Source: Flavobacteriales bacterium (GTDB taxonomy: Bacteria > Bacteroidota > Bacteroidia > Flavobacteriales_F > PHOS-HE28). From it: a DNA stretch of 64,000 nt. The stretch is from positions 26,963 to 90,962 of the forward strand of contig JADKCV010000015.1 of NCBI GenBank assembly GCA_016718655.1, written 5' to 3'. Below, one piece after another: positions 1 to 8,966 of this stretch. Numbering within the stretch: position 1 is the stretch's first letter; the number at the start of each line of letters is the position of its first letter. The notes beneath the pieces were generated by a model. It saw nothing but the letters and a program-made list of their open reading frames with translations. It was not told the origin of the DNA and searched no databases. The translations under genes were made by a program, and so were the position numbers.

Positions 1-26
1 TTCCGGAATTCTTGTGACCGCTCATG
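1..26 (-). CDS. 5' end of a gene running off the window (ATG at 26-24, MSGHKNSG...); by position downstream of exbB it could be ExbD/TolR-like
   Basis: ATG immediately downstream of exbB stop on same strand; only 8 codons visible. Confidence 0.2.
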
Positions 27-31
27 GGAGC

Positions 32-784
32 TTAGTGTTTGGTGTTCTTCATCAGCAGGTCGACCAGACCGATGGAGGCTTCCTCCATCTGCCCGGTGAT
101 GCTGTCGATACGGCTCAGCAGGTAGTTGTAGAACACCTGCAACACGATAGCGACGATCAGACCGAACACGGTGGTGAGCAGTGCGACCTTGATACCGCTT
201 GCCACGATGGCTGGGCTGATGTTGTTGGCCGCAGCGATCTGGTCGAACGCGAAGATCATACCTACCACGGTTCCCAAGAACCCGAGCATGGGGGCCAAGG
301 CGATGAACAGGCTGATCCAGGAGAGTCCGCGCTCCAAACGACCGACTTCCACACCACCGTATGCCACGATGCTCTTCTCGGCCATGTCCAGGCCTTCATT
401 GGCCCGGTCCAGTCCTTGGTAGAAGATACCTGCCACGGGTCCGCGGGTGTTCCGGCAAACTTCCTTGGCCGCGTTCACACCACCGTTCTTCAACGCATCC
501 TCCACACTGCCGAGGAGCTTATCCGTGTTGGTCGACGCCATGTTCAAGTAGATGATACGCTCGATGACGAACGCCAAGCCCAGGATCAGGCAGAGCAATA
601 CCGGTGCCATCCAGATCGGGTCACCTTCGATGAATCGGTCCTTGAAGGTCTGTTGGCCTTCCTGCGTATCGGCCACGACCTCTGTGGAGGCTGCAGCAGG
701 GGCATCCTGTGCCATGACCGGTGTGGGGAGCAGGCTGATGCTCATCAGGCCAGCCATGCAGAGGGACAAGAACGTGCGTACCAT
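32..784 (-). CDS. exbB: MotA/TolQ/ExbB proton-channel family protein
   Basis: 250 aa; N-terminal signal-like segment then 3 TM helices with the conserved TolQ/ExbB C-terminal core (GLLGTVVGMIFAF..., ALLTTVFGLIVAI). Confidence 0.85.
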   Translation of the reverse strand: MVRTFLSLCMAGLMSISLLPTPVMAQDAPAAASTEVVADTQEGQQTFKDRFIEGDPIWMAPVLLCLILGLAFVIERIIYLNMASTNTDKLLGSVEDALKNGGVNAAKEVCRNTRGPVAGIFYQGLDRANEGLDMAEKSIVAYGGVEVGRLERGLSWISLFIALAPMLGFLGTVVGMIFAFDQIAAANNISPAIVASGIKVALLTTVFGLIVAIVLQVFYNYLLSRIDSITGQMEEASIGLVDLLMKNTKH

Positions 785-854
785 GGTTCGGGTCGTTATC
801 GGGGTGAGGGTTGTTATCGTTGCTGGTTCTGGTATTCTTATCGTTCACAGGACT

Positions 855-945
855 TGGCGGAGAGAGAGGGATTCGAACCCCCGATACCCTTTGGAGGTAT
901 ACGCACTTTCCAGGCGCGCGCCTTCAACCACTCGGCCATCTCTCC
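855..945 (-). tRNA. tRNA-Ser (anticodon GGA), long variable arm, CCA encoded
   Basis: Reverse complement reads GGAGAGATGGCCGAGTGGTTGAAGGCGCGCGCCTGGAAAGTGCGT...GGTTCGAATCCCTCTCTCTCCGCCA; D-loop, anticodon loop CTGGAAA and T-loop GGTTCGAATCC closely match E. coli tRNA-Ser(GGA). Confidence 0.9.
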
Positions 946-1063
946 TTGTTCCCTGTCGCTGGATAGGGCTTGTACCCCCCTAACGGGCGGCCAAATTACA
1001 AAAAGGTCCATCGGTCCGAACGGGAACTTGGAAGCGGTAGGATACAAGCAGGCTTCGGCCATG

Positions 1064-2095
1064 TTAAGCCAACGTGAACTCGCCGCAGATCGCTGTGCCC
1101 CATGCTTGTTCCACGGCGGCCGTTGCCCGTTCACGCCCCAGCAGGAACATGAGTTTGGCGACGGCTGCCTCCACGGTGTGGTCCGCACCTGGGACCACCC
1201 CCATGGCCTGTAGGGCCTGGCTGGTGGCATAACGTCCCTGCTCCACCCTTCCGCCCACACATTGGGTCACGTTCAGCAACAGGACGCCACGGTCCTTGGC
1301 TTCCTGAAGCGCTCCCAGGAGGTCGGGGTCGGTTGGTGCGTTACCACTCCCGAAGGTGGTGAGGACGACCGCACGCAGGTCGGCTTGCGACAAGGCGTGC
1401 CTCAACCAACCCGCTCGTATGCCCGGGAACAGGCGGATCACCGCAATGCGATCATCCAACCGGGTATGCACCTTCAAGGACCCGGTACGGTGAGGAAGGA
1501 TGGCGGACGGGTTCCAGCGCAGGTGAACACCTGCTTCAGCGAGGACCGGCCAGTTCGGTGAACGGAAGGCCTCGAAACGTTCCGCATGCACCTTCACGGT
1601 CCGGTTGCCCCGCATGAGCTGGTACTCGAAGTACACACACACTTCCGGGACCATGGGCCGACCATCGCCATCCTTGGCGGCAGCGATCTCGATCGCCGTG
1701 ATCAGGTTCTCCTTGGCGTCGGTGCGGATGGTACCGATCGGCAACTGCGACCCGGTCAACACCACCGGTTTCTGCAAGCCTTCGAGCAGGAAGCTCAAGG
1801 CGCTGGCCGTGTATGCCATGGTATCGCTACCATGCAGTACGACGAAGCCATCGAAGTCCGCGTAGTTTTCGCCGATGAGCGTGGCGATGCGTACCCAATC
1901 GTTCGGACGCATGTCGCTGCTGTCGATGGGTTGTTCGAAGGCCACGGAGGAGAGGTCCACGGCGATGCGCGAGAGCTCCGGGACCTGGTCCTCCAAATGG
2001 GCAAGGTCCATTGGGCGCAGTGTCCCCGTGGTATCAGCCCACATGCCGATGGTGCCACCAGTGTAGATCAGCAATACGGCAGGTCGTTGGCTCAT
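1064..2095 (-). CDS. ansA: L-asparaginase, type I
   Basis: 343 aa; N-terminal TGGTIG threonine motif and HGSDTM asparaginase signature. Confidence 0.85.
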   Translation of the reverse strand: MSQRPAVLLIYTGGTIGMWADTTGTLRPMDLAHLEDQVPELSRIAVDLSSVAFEQPIDSSDMRPNDWVRIATLIGENYADFDGFVVLHGSDTMAYTASALSFLLEGLQKPVVLTGSQLPIGTIRTDAKENLITAIEIAAAKDGDGRPMVPEVCVYFEYQLMRGNRTVKVHAERFEAFRSPNWPVLAEAGVHLRWNPSAILPHRTGSLKVHTRLDDRIAVIRLFPGIRAGWLRHALSQADLRAVVLTTFGSGNAPTDPDLLGALQEAKDRGVLLLNVTQCVGGRVEQGRYATSQALQAMGVVPGADHTVEAAVAKLMFLLGRERATAAVEQAWGTAICGEFTLA

Positions 2096-2859
2096 CGACG
2101 GAAGAGTGCTTCGGCGTTGGTGGTGGTGAGCTCAGCGATATGATGGATCGTCGTCCCGCACGCAAGGGCCAGCCGTTCGGCGATATGTGGGATGTAGGAG
2201 CTCTCATTGCGCTTTCCCCGAAAAGGGACCGGAGCGAGGTAGGGTGCGTCGGTCTCGAGCACACATCGGTCCGGGCCCACGGTGCGCATGGTCTCGAAAA
2301 GGCCACCCTTCGGATAGGTGATCACCCCACCGATACCCAAGTAGAAACCACCCAGTTCGCCGATCCGCCGGGCCTCCTCTTCGGTACCTGTGAAGCAATG
2401 GAAAACACCGCGTAGCCGATCGCTGTTCTCCTCCTCGACGATGGCGATGGTCTCGGCGAAGCTTTGGCGACAATGGATGGCGATCGGCAGGTCTGAAGTC
2501 TTGGCCCAGCGCACGTGTTGGCGGAACACCTCTTGCTGTTGGGCCAGGTAGGTCCGATCCCAGTACAGATCGATACCGATCTCGCCAACCGCACAATAGC
2601 CGCCACTGAGCAGCTTGCGCTCCACTTCGGCCATCGCGACATCATTGTTCGCTCCGACGGAGCATGGATGCAGCCCCATCATCGGAAAGCAGGTGGCAGG
2701 ATGTCCCGCGACAAGGGCGTCCATGTCCCCGATGCTCTCCAGGTCCACGTTGGGCAGGAAGAGCTTGGTGACACCGGCATCAAGCGCTCGTTCGAGCATG
2801 GCTGCGCGATCGGCCTCGAACTGCTTGTGGTAGAGGTGCGCGTGGGTGTCTACGAACAT
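2092..2859 (-). CDS. tatD: TatD family metal-dependent hydrolase (DNase)
   Basis: Start moved to internal ATG (MFVDTHAHLY...); the HxH motif at the N-terminus and the CFTG / ETDAPYL motifs are typical of TatD; 4-bp overlap with ansA. Confidence 0.8.
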   Translation of the reverse strand: MFVDTHAHLYHKQFEADRAAMLERALDAGVTKLFLPNVDLESIGDMDALVAGHPATCFPMMGLHPCSVGANNDVAMAEVERKLLSGGYCAVGEIGIDLYWDRTYLAQQQEVFRQHVRWAKTSDLPIAIHCRQSFAETIAIVEEENSDRLRGVFHCFTGTEEEARRIGELGGFYLGIGGVITYPKGGLFETMRTVGPDRCVLETDAPYLAPVPFRGKRNESSYIPHIAERLALACGTTIHHIAELTTTNAEALFRR

Positions 2860-2884
2860 GACCGCGAAGTAACGAAGCCCAGCG

Positions 2885-3934
2885 ATGCTGAACGGGCAGG
2901 AACCCCGGCCTACTTTTGGCCCTACTCCTTCCCCTTCCGTGAAGATCCTGGTCCTACGTTTCTCCTCCATCGGCGATATCGTGCTCACAAGCCCGGTGCT
3001 GCGTGGGCTTGCCCAACAGGTGAAGGGCGCCGAAGTGCACGTGGCCACCAAGGAGGGCTTCATGGACCTGGTCCGCCATAACCCTCACGTCAGCAAGGTC
3101 CATGCGCTTGGCGATGACCTGGGCGACCTTATCGGCAGGTTGAAAGCCGAGCGCTTCGACGAGGTGGTCGACCTGCACCACAACCTGCGTACAGCCCGGG
3201 TGAAACGTGCTTTGGGAGTCCCGGCCCGAAGCTTTCCCAAGTTGAACATGGAGAAGTGGTTGTTGGTGAATCTGCATGTGGATCGTATGCCTCGCTATCC
3301 GGATGGGCGGCCACTGCATATCGTGGATCGCTACCTGAGCACCGTGGGTCATTTGGGGGTACGCAACGATGGGCAGGGCTTGGACCTGTTCGTTCCGGAC
3401 GACAGACGGGTGCCAATGGATGCACTACCCGCTGCACATCGCATGGGATATGTGGTCCTGGCCATCGGTGCGGCACACGCCACCAAACGCCTTCCACCGC
3501 ACCGGCTCATCGAACTCGCGCGATCGGTGCCGGGACCACTGGTTCTGGTGGGGGGTAAGGAGGACCGGTCCGTGGGTCGTTACGTTGCTGATGCCTTGGG
3601 AGGGCGTGTGTTCGACGCTACTGGCCGATACGATCTGCTGGGCAGCGCGTCACTGATCGAACGCGCACGATCGGTCATTGCGCACGATAGCGGAGCCATG
3701 CATATCGCCTGTGCGTTCCACCGACCGGTGATCAGTGTATGGGGTAACACCGTACCGTTATTCGGGATGGGGCCCTACCAACCCCTTCACCCGGAGCGCG
3801 CGATGGTGAGCGAAGTGACCGGACTATCCTGTCGTCCCTGTAGTAAGATAGGGTCGGACCATTGCCCAAAAGGCCACTTCCATTGCATGGAGAAACAGGA
3901 CCTGAACGCCATCATCGAACACCTCCACCCATGA
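2885..3934 (+). CDS. glycosyltransferase family 9 (LPS heptosyltransferase-like)
   Basis: 349 aa; the KILVLRFSSIGDIVLTSPVLRGL N-terminus and VIAHDSGAMHIA motif are characteristic of RfaF/WaaC-type GT9. Confidence 0.8.
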   Translation: MLNGQEPRPTFGPTPSPSVKILVLRFSSIGDIVLTSPVLRGLAQQVKGAEVHVATKEGFMDLVRHNPHVSKVHALGDDLGDLIGRLKAERFDEVVDLHHNLRTARVKRALGVPARSFPKLNMEKWLLVNLHVDRMPRYPDGRPLHIVDRYLSTVGHLGVRNDGQGLDLFVPDDRRVPMDALPAAHRMGYVVLAIGAAHATKRLPPHRLIELARSVPGPLVLVGGKEDRSVGRYVADALGGRVFDATGRYDLLGSASLIERARSVIAHDSGAMHIACAFHRPVISVWGNTVPLFGMGPYQPLHPERAMVSEVTGLSCRPCSKIGSDHCPKGHFHCMEKQDLNAIIEHLHP

Positions 3935-4293
3935 GCTGGGATATCTATATCCAGGACCTTCCGGACGTGCCGTCCATGAAGGACGTTCCCGCGGACCATT
4001 CTCCTGGACCCATTGGCACGCGCGAGGACCTGATGACGCGGATCAAGGAGGTGATCCCCTTTGCTGAGCAGCAGGACGGGGATTGGCTCTTCGTTCGGTC
4101 CACGGGTATCGATCTGAGCATCCAGTTCCACATGGAGGACACCACCCAGGTGCGCTACGTGCTGGTGCACGTGCATGGTGGTGAACAAAGTGCCGCCTGC
4201 GTATCGGCGATCTTGCGTCACCTCGGCCTACGTGCCCATGATACTGCAACGGGAGACCTGTTCGACGGTCATGGACTGGAGGAGGCGCTATGA
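3931..4293 (+). CDS. hypothetical protein, translationally coupled to the GT9 gene (ATGA overlap)
   Basis: 120-aa ORF from ATG 3931 (MSWDIYIQDL...); stop of the upstream gene overlaps the start; no recognisable motif. Confidence 0.5.
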   Translation: MSWDIYIQDLPDVPSMKDVPADHSPGPIGTREDLMTRIKEVIPFAEQQDGDWLFVRSTGIDLSIQFHMEDTTQVRYVLVHVHGGEQSAACVSAILRHLGLRAHDTATGDLFDGHGLEEAL

Positions 4294-4970
4294 GCGGAAC
4301 GTACTCCGAGAAGTTGCAGTAACGAAGCTGCGTGAGCGATCACCACGATCGGAACGATCAGGCTGGGCAGCCACACAAAGGGCACCTCCAGCAGCGCGAA
4401 CGAGCCATCCCGCGCAACGAACTGTTGAAAGGGTGAGGGTGCGCTGAGTGCGCCGTGGATGAGCACGGAAAACACCAGTAACAGACCAACCACATTCCAA
4501 ACGATCAGCATTCCGCGGGGCAATGCTCCCGATCGCCTCGACCACGCGTACAAGAACAGTGCGCTGACACCCGTGAAGAGGTCGAAGTTGCGCCCTTCCC
4601 AGGTCATGACCTGTGGGATCGAACCTTCCAGATACAATTGGTGGAGCACCGCTTCCACGGGGATGCGGACGGTATGGAGGAGCAGCAACGCGGAAGGGTC
4701 GAGGTTTCCTAGCCATGTCCTTCCAGCGCGAACGGAGAACAAGCCCGCAAGCACCAGGAATGGAGGCGCAACGGCCAGAATGAAGCGCGGCGGAAGCGCT
4801 GGTGCACCGGCATAGAAGCCCGAGCGTGCGATGATGATCTGGAGCGCAGCCCAACCGGAGAGGGCGAGGATCACACGGGAACGGTGTTGGCGAGCGGCCT
4901 GGACCGCGATCGACACAGCCACCGATGTGGTGATGACGAAGAGCAGTTCGATGCAGGTCCGGGAGGCCAC
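4269..4970 (-). CDS. hypothetical polytopic membrane protein (about 6 TM)
   Basis: 233 aa with multiple hydrophobic helices; other frames are Arg-rich noise; family not recognised. Confidence 0.45.
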   Translation of the reverse strand: MASRTCIELLFVITTSVAVSIAVQAARQHRSRVILALSGWAALQIIIARSGFYAGAPALPPRFILAVAPPFLVLAGLFSVRAGRTWLGNLDPSALLLLHTVRIPVEAVLHQLYLEGSIPQVMTWEGRNFDLFTGVSALFLYAWSRRSGALPRGMLIVWNVVGLLLVFSVLIHGALSAPSPFQQFVARDGSFALLEVPFVWLPSLIVPIVVIAHAASLLQLLGVRSAHSASSSP

Positions 4971-4977
4971 GAAGGGG

Positions 4978-5493
4978 TCAGGTGAAGAGCGCCTTCAGTT
5001 CGGTGGCGTCCTCCGGCTTCATCCTACCGGCAAGGATCAAGCGCAATTGACGCCGGCGCAGGGCACCATCATAGCGCTTCTGTTCCTCTTCGTTCGTGGG
5101 CTTCACCTCGGGTATCCGGATCGGCTGGCCGGCATTATCCACGGCCACGAAAGTGTAGATCGCACTGTTGCACGGGATCTTATCGCCAGTTTGCTGGTCC
5201 TCCACCCATACGTCGCTCCACACCTCCATGCTTGTTCCGAACGCGCGACTCACATGGCTCTTGATGGTGACGAAGTCGCCCAGTTTGATGGGCCGATCGA
5301 AGCTCACATTGTTCACCGCGATGGTGACCACCACCCGCTTGCAATGGCGATGAGCACTGATTGCGCTGCTGATATCAAGCCATTGCAGTAGGCGGCCACC
5401 GAAGAGATTGCCCAACGTATTGGTGTCGTTGGGGAGCACCAAGTGGGTGGTCTCGGAGTAACTTTCCGTGGTAGGCCTGAAGGTGGGGTTCAT
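4978..5493 (-). CDS. acyl-CoA thioesterase, hotdog fold (YciA-like)
   Basis: Start at MNPTFRP; the LVLPNDTNTLGNLFGGRLLQWLD... segment matches the 4HBT/YciA thioesterase core. Confidence 0.7.
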   Translation of the reverse strand: MNPTFRPTTESYSETTHLVLPNDTNTLGNLFGGRLLQWLDISSAISAHRHCKRVVVTIAVNNVSFDRPIKLGDFVTIKSHVSRAFGTSMEVWSDVWVEDQQTGDKIPCNSAIYTFVAVDNAGQPIRIPEVKPTNEEEQKRYDGALRRRQLRLILAGRMKPEDATELKALFT

Positions 5494-5579
5494 GAAGCGC
5501 TTGCCGTGATCGGCGCGCGCAAAAGTAGCCCTCAACACAGCGCAGTGGCCCTGATCGGTACGGGTATCTTCGCGCCATC

Positions 5580-6041
5580 ATGCTCACCTTAGGCACAAAG
5601 GCCCCCGACATCACGGTGATGGACCATACCGGTAAGCCTTTCAGCTTGTCCGATGCATGGCACCATCACTCGGTGGTGCTGTTCTTCTATCCGAAGGCGG
5701 ACACCCCGATCTGCACCAAGGAGGCCTGTGCGTTCCGCGATGCATTGGCGGACCTGGAGGCCAGGGATGCGATGGTGATCGGTGTGAGTACGGATGACGT
5801 GGCCGGTCAACGCGCGTTCAGTGAGCGCTACAAGCTTCCTTTCGTCCTTTTGTGCGATACCGAAGGAAAGCTCAGCGACGCCTACAAGGTGCGCAGCTTC
5901 TTCGGACTGCTGGGTGGCCGCGTCACCTATGTGATCGACAAGCAAGGCGTGATCCGTGCTGCATACAGTGCACGACTTGAGGCCGATGGCCACGTGCAGC
6001 AGGCGCTGCGTGCCTTGGAGACCGATCAGAGGAATTCGTAG
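5580..6041 (+). CDS. bcp: thioredoxin-dependent peroxiredoxin (Bcp type)
   Basis: 153 aa; the FFYPKADTPICTKEACAFRD segment carries the peroxidatic Cys motif of Bcp/PrxQ. Confidence 0.85.
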   Translation: MLTLGTKAPDITVMDHTGKPFSLSDAWHHHSVVLFFYPKADTPICTKEACAFRDALADLEARDAMVIGVSTDDVAGQRAFSERYKLPFVLLCDTEGKLSDAYKVRSFFGLLGGRVTYVIDKQGVIRAAYSARLEADGHVQQALRALETDQRNS

Positions 6042-6673
6042 AACAACACCCTTCCATCGTCCGTGCCCACCAACAACCGTCCGTCGTGGATGATCAAGGG
6101 GGCCCGGTGGTGTTGGTCCTTGTTCTCTGCGACCGTGATCACTTGCACCACCTTTTCCGCCTTGAGCACCTCCACCGATCCATTGGACGCAGCCCGGAGC
6201 AACGCACCATTGTGCTCCACGTGGGTCTGCTGATAGAACCGGTCGAACGAGGAGTTCTTCATATCGAGACCCATCGCACGCACTTGAGATGCCTCCGGGA
6301 TCCAGAGGTTCTCACGGAGGACCTTCTCCTCCTTTCCCGTGGTCACATTCCAAACGGCCCGTTTACCGGAATGTCCGATGAGCACCACCTTCTCCCCATT
6401 GGCATTGAAGGCCACATGGTACACAGCCGTCCCTCCATCCGCGGCATATGGGAACACATGGATCCGCTTCCCCTTCTCCAGATCGACCAGTTCGGCACCA
6501 TTACCGGTTCCCATGAGGATACGGTCGCCCTTGGGAGCAATGGCAAGGGACACCACTTCGCTCTTGCTCGTTCGGATCGTACGCAGTGGTGTGGTGTTCA
6601 CCACCTGAGCTGCCAGCGTGGAAACGATACCGACCGAGGACCAAGCGAGGATGAGGTTGCGTAAGAAGGACAT
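6026..6673 (-). CDS. secreted WD40/beta-propeller repeat protein, function unknown
   Basis: Start at MSFLRNL (signal peptide); repeated G.DG.V..Y blade-like motifs. Confidence 0.5.
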   Translation of the reverse strand: MSFLRNLILAWSSVGIVSTLAAQVVNTTPLRTIRTSKSEVVSLAIAPKGDRILMGTGNGAELVDLEKGKRIHVFPYAADGGTAVYHVAFNANGEKVVLIGHSGKRAVWNVTTGKEEKVLRENLWIPEASQVRAMGLDMKNSSFDRFYQQTHVEHNGALLRAASNGSVEVLKAEKVVQVITVAENKDQHHRAPLIIHDGRLLVGTDDGRVLFYEFL

Positions 6674-6675
6674 GT

Positions 6676-7068
6676 TCAAGGTGTGATGAGCACGCGCTGT
6701 GTATTGAGCCACTCCTGTGCCGCAGTGGCCTCCCCGAACATCTGGATCGGGCGGGCTGGCTTATGGTGCCTGACGAAGACATTGGCGGCCAACTGGTGTC
6801 CGAAATCCCGGACGATGATCGCATCGGCAGCGATATAACGATTCGACTCCTCTGAAGATGCATAGGCGCGGGCCTCGTTGCTCATGGTCGTTCCTTCGCC
6901 AACGGATACCATCAACAGGACCTTGCGCCCATCACGACCTTCAGCAATGGCATCGAACATGTGCTGAACATCCGACGGTTCCACCAACCGATGGTCTTTG
7001 AAATGCGCGTGCACCAGGTCCGGCTCCAAAAAGCACACCAAACTGGCTTCCAACTCCACTGTTCGCAT
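6676..7068 (-). CDS. hypothetical protein, STAS/SpoIIAA-like fold suspected
   Basis: 130-aa ORF starting MRTVELEA; an upstream alternative start at 7131 would overlap the SPOR gene. Confidence 0.4.
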   Translation of the reverse strand: MRTVELEASLVCFLEPDLVHAHFKDHRLVEPSDVQHMFDAIAEGRDGRKVLLMVSVGEGTTMSNEARAYASSEESNRYIAADAIIVRDFGHQLAANVFVRHHKPARPIQMFGEATAAQEWLNTQRVLITP

Positions 7069-7112
7069 CGTCAATACCGCTGTTGGACCAAAGGTACGTG
7101 CCAAGGCTGGAC

Positions 7113-8177
7113 TCACCGGACCAGCAGCCATGCCGAACCATCGCCCCGTTGACGGATGGTGGCAAGAGCGTCCAAGGCCTCCTTGCGCGTGCCGTAGCTA
7201 CCGAAGGCGACCGGATAGAGGTCGCCTCGTTGTGTCAATCGCACTGCGGGATAGCCGGCCTGTTGAAGCTCCCCCAAGCGCTTGTCCGCGTTCTCAGGCT
7301 GGGCAAAGCATCCACCGATGATATGGAAACGGGTCCGCAACCCGGGATCCACGGACGGCATGGCCACTGCCGTGCTGTCGACAGGTGCCGGAGCGTCCGG
7401 CACCGAAGGGCGCATATCGATCGTGACGGTGATGCTGTCGCCCGGAGTGATCGGGACGGTGGTCACTTCCTCGGAAACGGGAAGGGTGAAGACCGCAGCG
7501 CCAACAACGGGGTCCGGAAGTTCTTCAGAAGGGCGATTGTAGCGGGGAAGTTCCGTACTGCGGAACGGCGACACATCACTCCATCGGGTGTGCCCTGCTT
7601 CACCTTGCTGGATGACCCAATAAACCGCCGCTCCGCTGAGGACCAACGCGAATGCGGCCGCCACCCAACGTGCCGTGTAGCGCTGTGCCTCAGGCTCCGG
7701 TTCGATGGATGGGTTCGGCATCTGGATCACCGGTACGGGTCGCACCTTGACCTCCTCCTTCGCCAGCAAGGCTTTGATCGGTCGAAGGCCATACGCATCC
7801 CTCAGGAAGTTGATCCGTCTATCAGGGTCGAATTGAAGGTTCCCTTCCTCATCCCGGAAGAAGATGCCCATGTGCGGGAGTTCCAGTCGGCCTTCGCGCT
7901 CCAGCACGCCGGCCCATAGAGCGATCTGCTGCTCGATACGCTGGTTCGCCTGCCCAAAATCGATCCGGTCGCGTTTCGCCAGATGATCGGCCAATAGACC
8001 ATCATTGCGGACCAGATGCCGATTGAAGCCAAGCTCCTTGGCGGGGGGGTGTATGAGGTGACGGGCCTCGTCCAAACGGGCCGGGCGATAGTGCGTGAGA
8101 AAGCCACCCCATTGGGGCACGATGACACAATCGTGGTCGTGCAGCAACTCAGCAAGGTCCCTTTCGATACCCATCAC
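7113..8177 (-). CDS. SPOR domain protein with N-terminal HU/CCDC81-like domain (peptidoglycan-binding, division-site protein)
   Basis: 354 aa; central TM segment (WVAAAFALVLSGAAVYWVI), Pro-rich linker, and a C-terminal RFHIIGGCFAQPENADKR...GYPAVR block typical of SPOR domains. Confidence 0.7.
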   Translation of the reverse strand: MMGIERDLAELLHDHDCVIVPQWGGFLTHYRPARLDEARHLIHPPAKELGFNRHLVRNDGLLADHLAKRDRIDFGQANQRIEQQIALWAGVLEREGRLELPHMGIFFRDEEGNLQFDPDRRINFLRDAYGLRPIKALLAKEEVKVRPVPVIQMPNPSIEPEPEAQRYTARWVAAAFALVLSGAAVYWVIQQGEAGHTRWSDVSPFRSTELPRYNRPSEELPDPVVGAAVFTLPVSEEVTTVPITPGDSITVTIDMRPSVPDAPAPVDSTAVAMPSVDPGLRTRFHIIGGCFAQPENADKRLGELQQAGYPAVRLTQRGDLYPVAFGSYGTRKEALDALATIRQRGDGSAWLLVR

Positions 8178-8186
8178 GCGGCCAAA

Positions 8187-8945
8187 TTACATCAGGAGCG
8201 CCCGTCGACGCGCTTCTTCCAGATCGGCAGGTGTGTCCACGCAGAACGAAGCGTGACCCGTGATACCGACCCTTACCCGATGACCGTGCTCCAGCCAGCG
8301 CAGTTGTTCCAAGGATTCGGCCAATTCCAAGGGAGAAGGAGCCAGCGTCACCAACCGTCCGAGCACATCGGACCGGAAAGCGTAGAGACCCACGTGCTTG
8401 AGGAAGCGGAAGCGGCTATGGCGAGGACCATTCGAGGGTAGCCTCAGGAAAGGGATGGCGGCCCGGCTGAAGTACAAGGCATCCAGGTCCACGGTTGTCG
8501 TGATGAGCACCTCACCCGGGTCGTCGAGGTCGTGGTCGTCCGTCACCACTTGGGCCAAGGTGGCGATCCCGCCCGGCGCTTCAGCAAGGGCCCGGCACAA
8601 TTCATCGATCTGGGCAGGCACGATGAATGGTTCGTCGCCCTGGATGTTCACGACGGCATCATAGCCTTGATCGCCCATCAACGCAAGCGCTTCAGCGCAA
8701 CGATCGGTGCCGCTCGGATGATCCTTCGAGGTCATCACCACCTTTCCCCCATGCTCCAACACATGCGCGAACACCCGATCATCGTCGGTCGCCACCACCA
8801 CTTCAGCCAGTGCGAGGCACGAACGGGCTTGGTCCACCACGCGCATCACCATGCTTCGGCCAGCGATATCGGCCAACGGCTTACCGGGCAATCGGCTGCT
8901 TGCGTAACGGGCGGGGATCACCCCTAGGATGCGAGATGTGGACAT
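8187..8945 (-). CDS. kdsB: 3-deoxy-manno-octulosonate cytidylyltransferase (CMP-Kdo synthetase)
   Basis: 252 aa; the ILGVIPARYASSRLPGKPL N-terminus and NIQGDEP motif. Confidence 0.9.
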   Translation of the reverse strand: MSTSRILGVIPARYASSRLPGKPLADIAGRSMVMRVVDQARSCLALAEVVVATDDDRVFAHVLEHGGKVVMTSKDHPSGTDRCAEALALMGDQGYDAVVNIQGDEPFIVPAQIDELCRALAEAPGGIATLAQVVTDDHDLDDPGEVLITTTVDLDALYFSRAAIPFLRLPSNGPRHSRFRFLKHVGLYAFRSDVLGRLVTLAPSPLELAESLEQLRWLEHGHRVRVGITGHASFCVDTPADLEEARRRALLM

Positions 8946-8966
8946 GGGTGCCGTCGGGCCCTAAAG

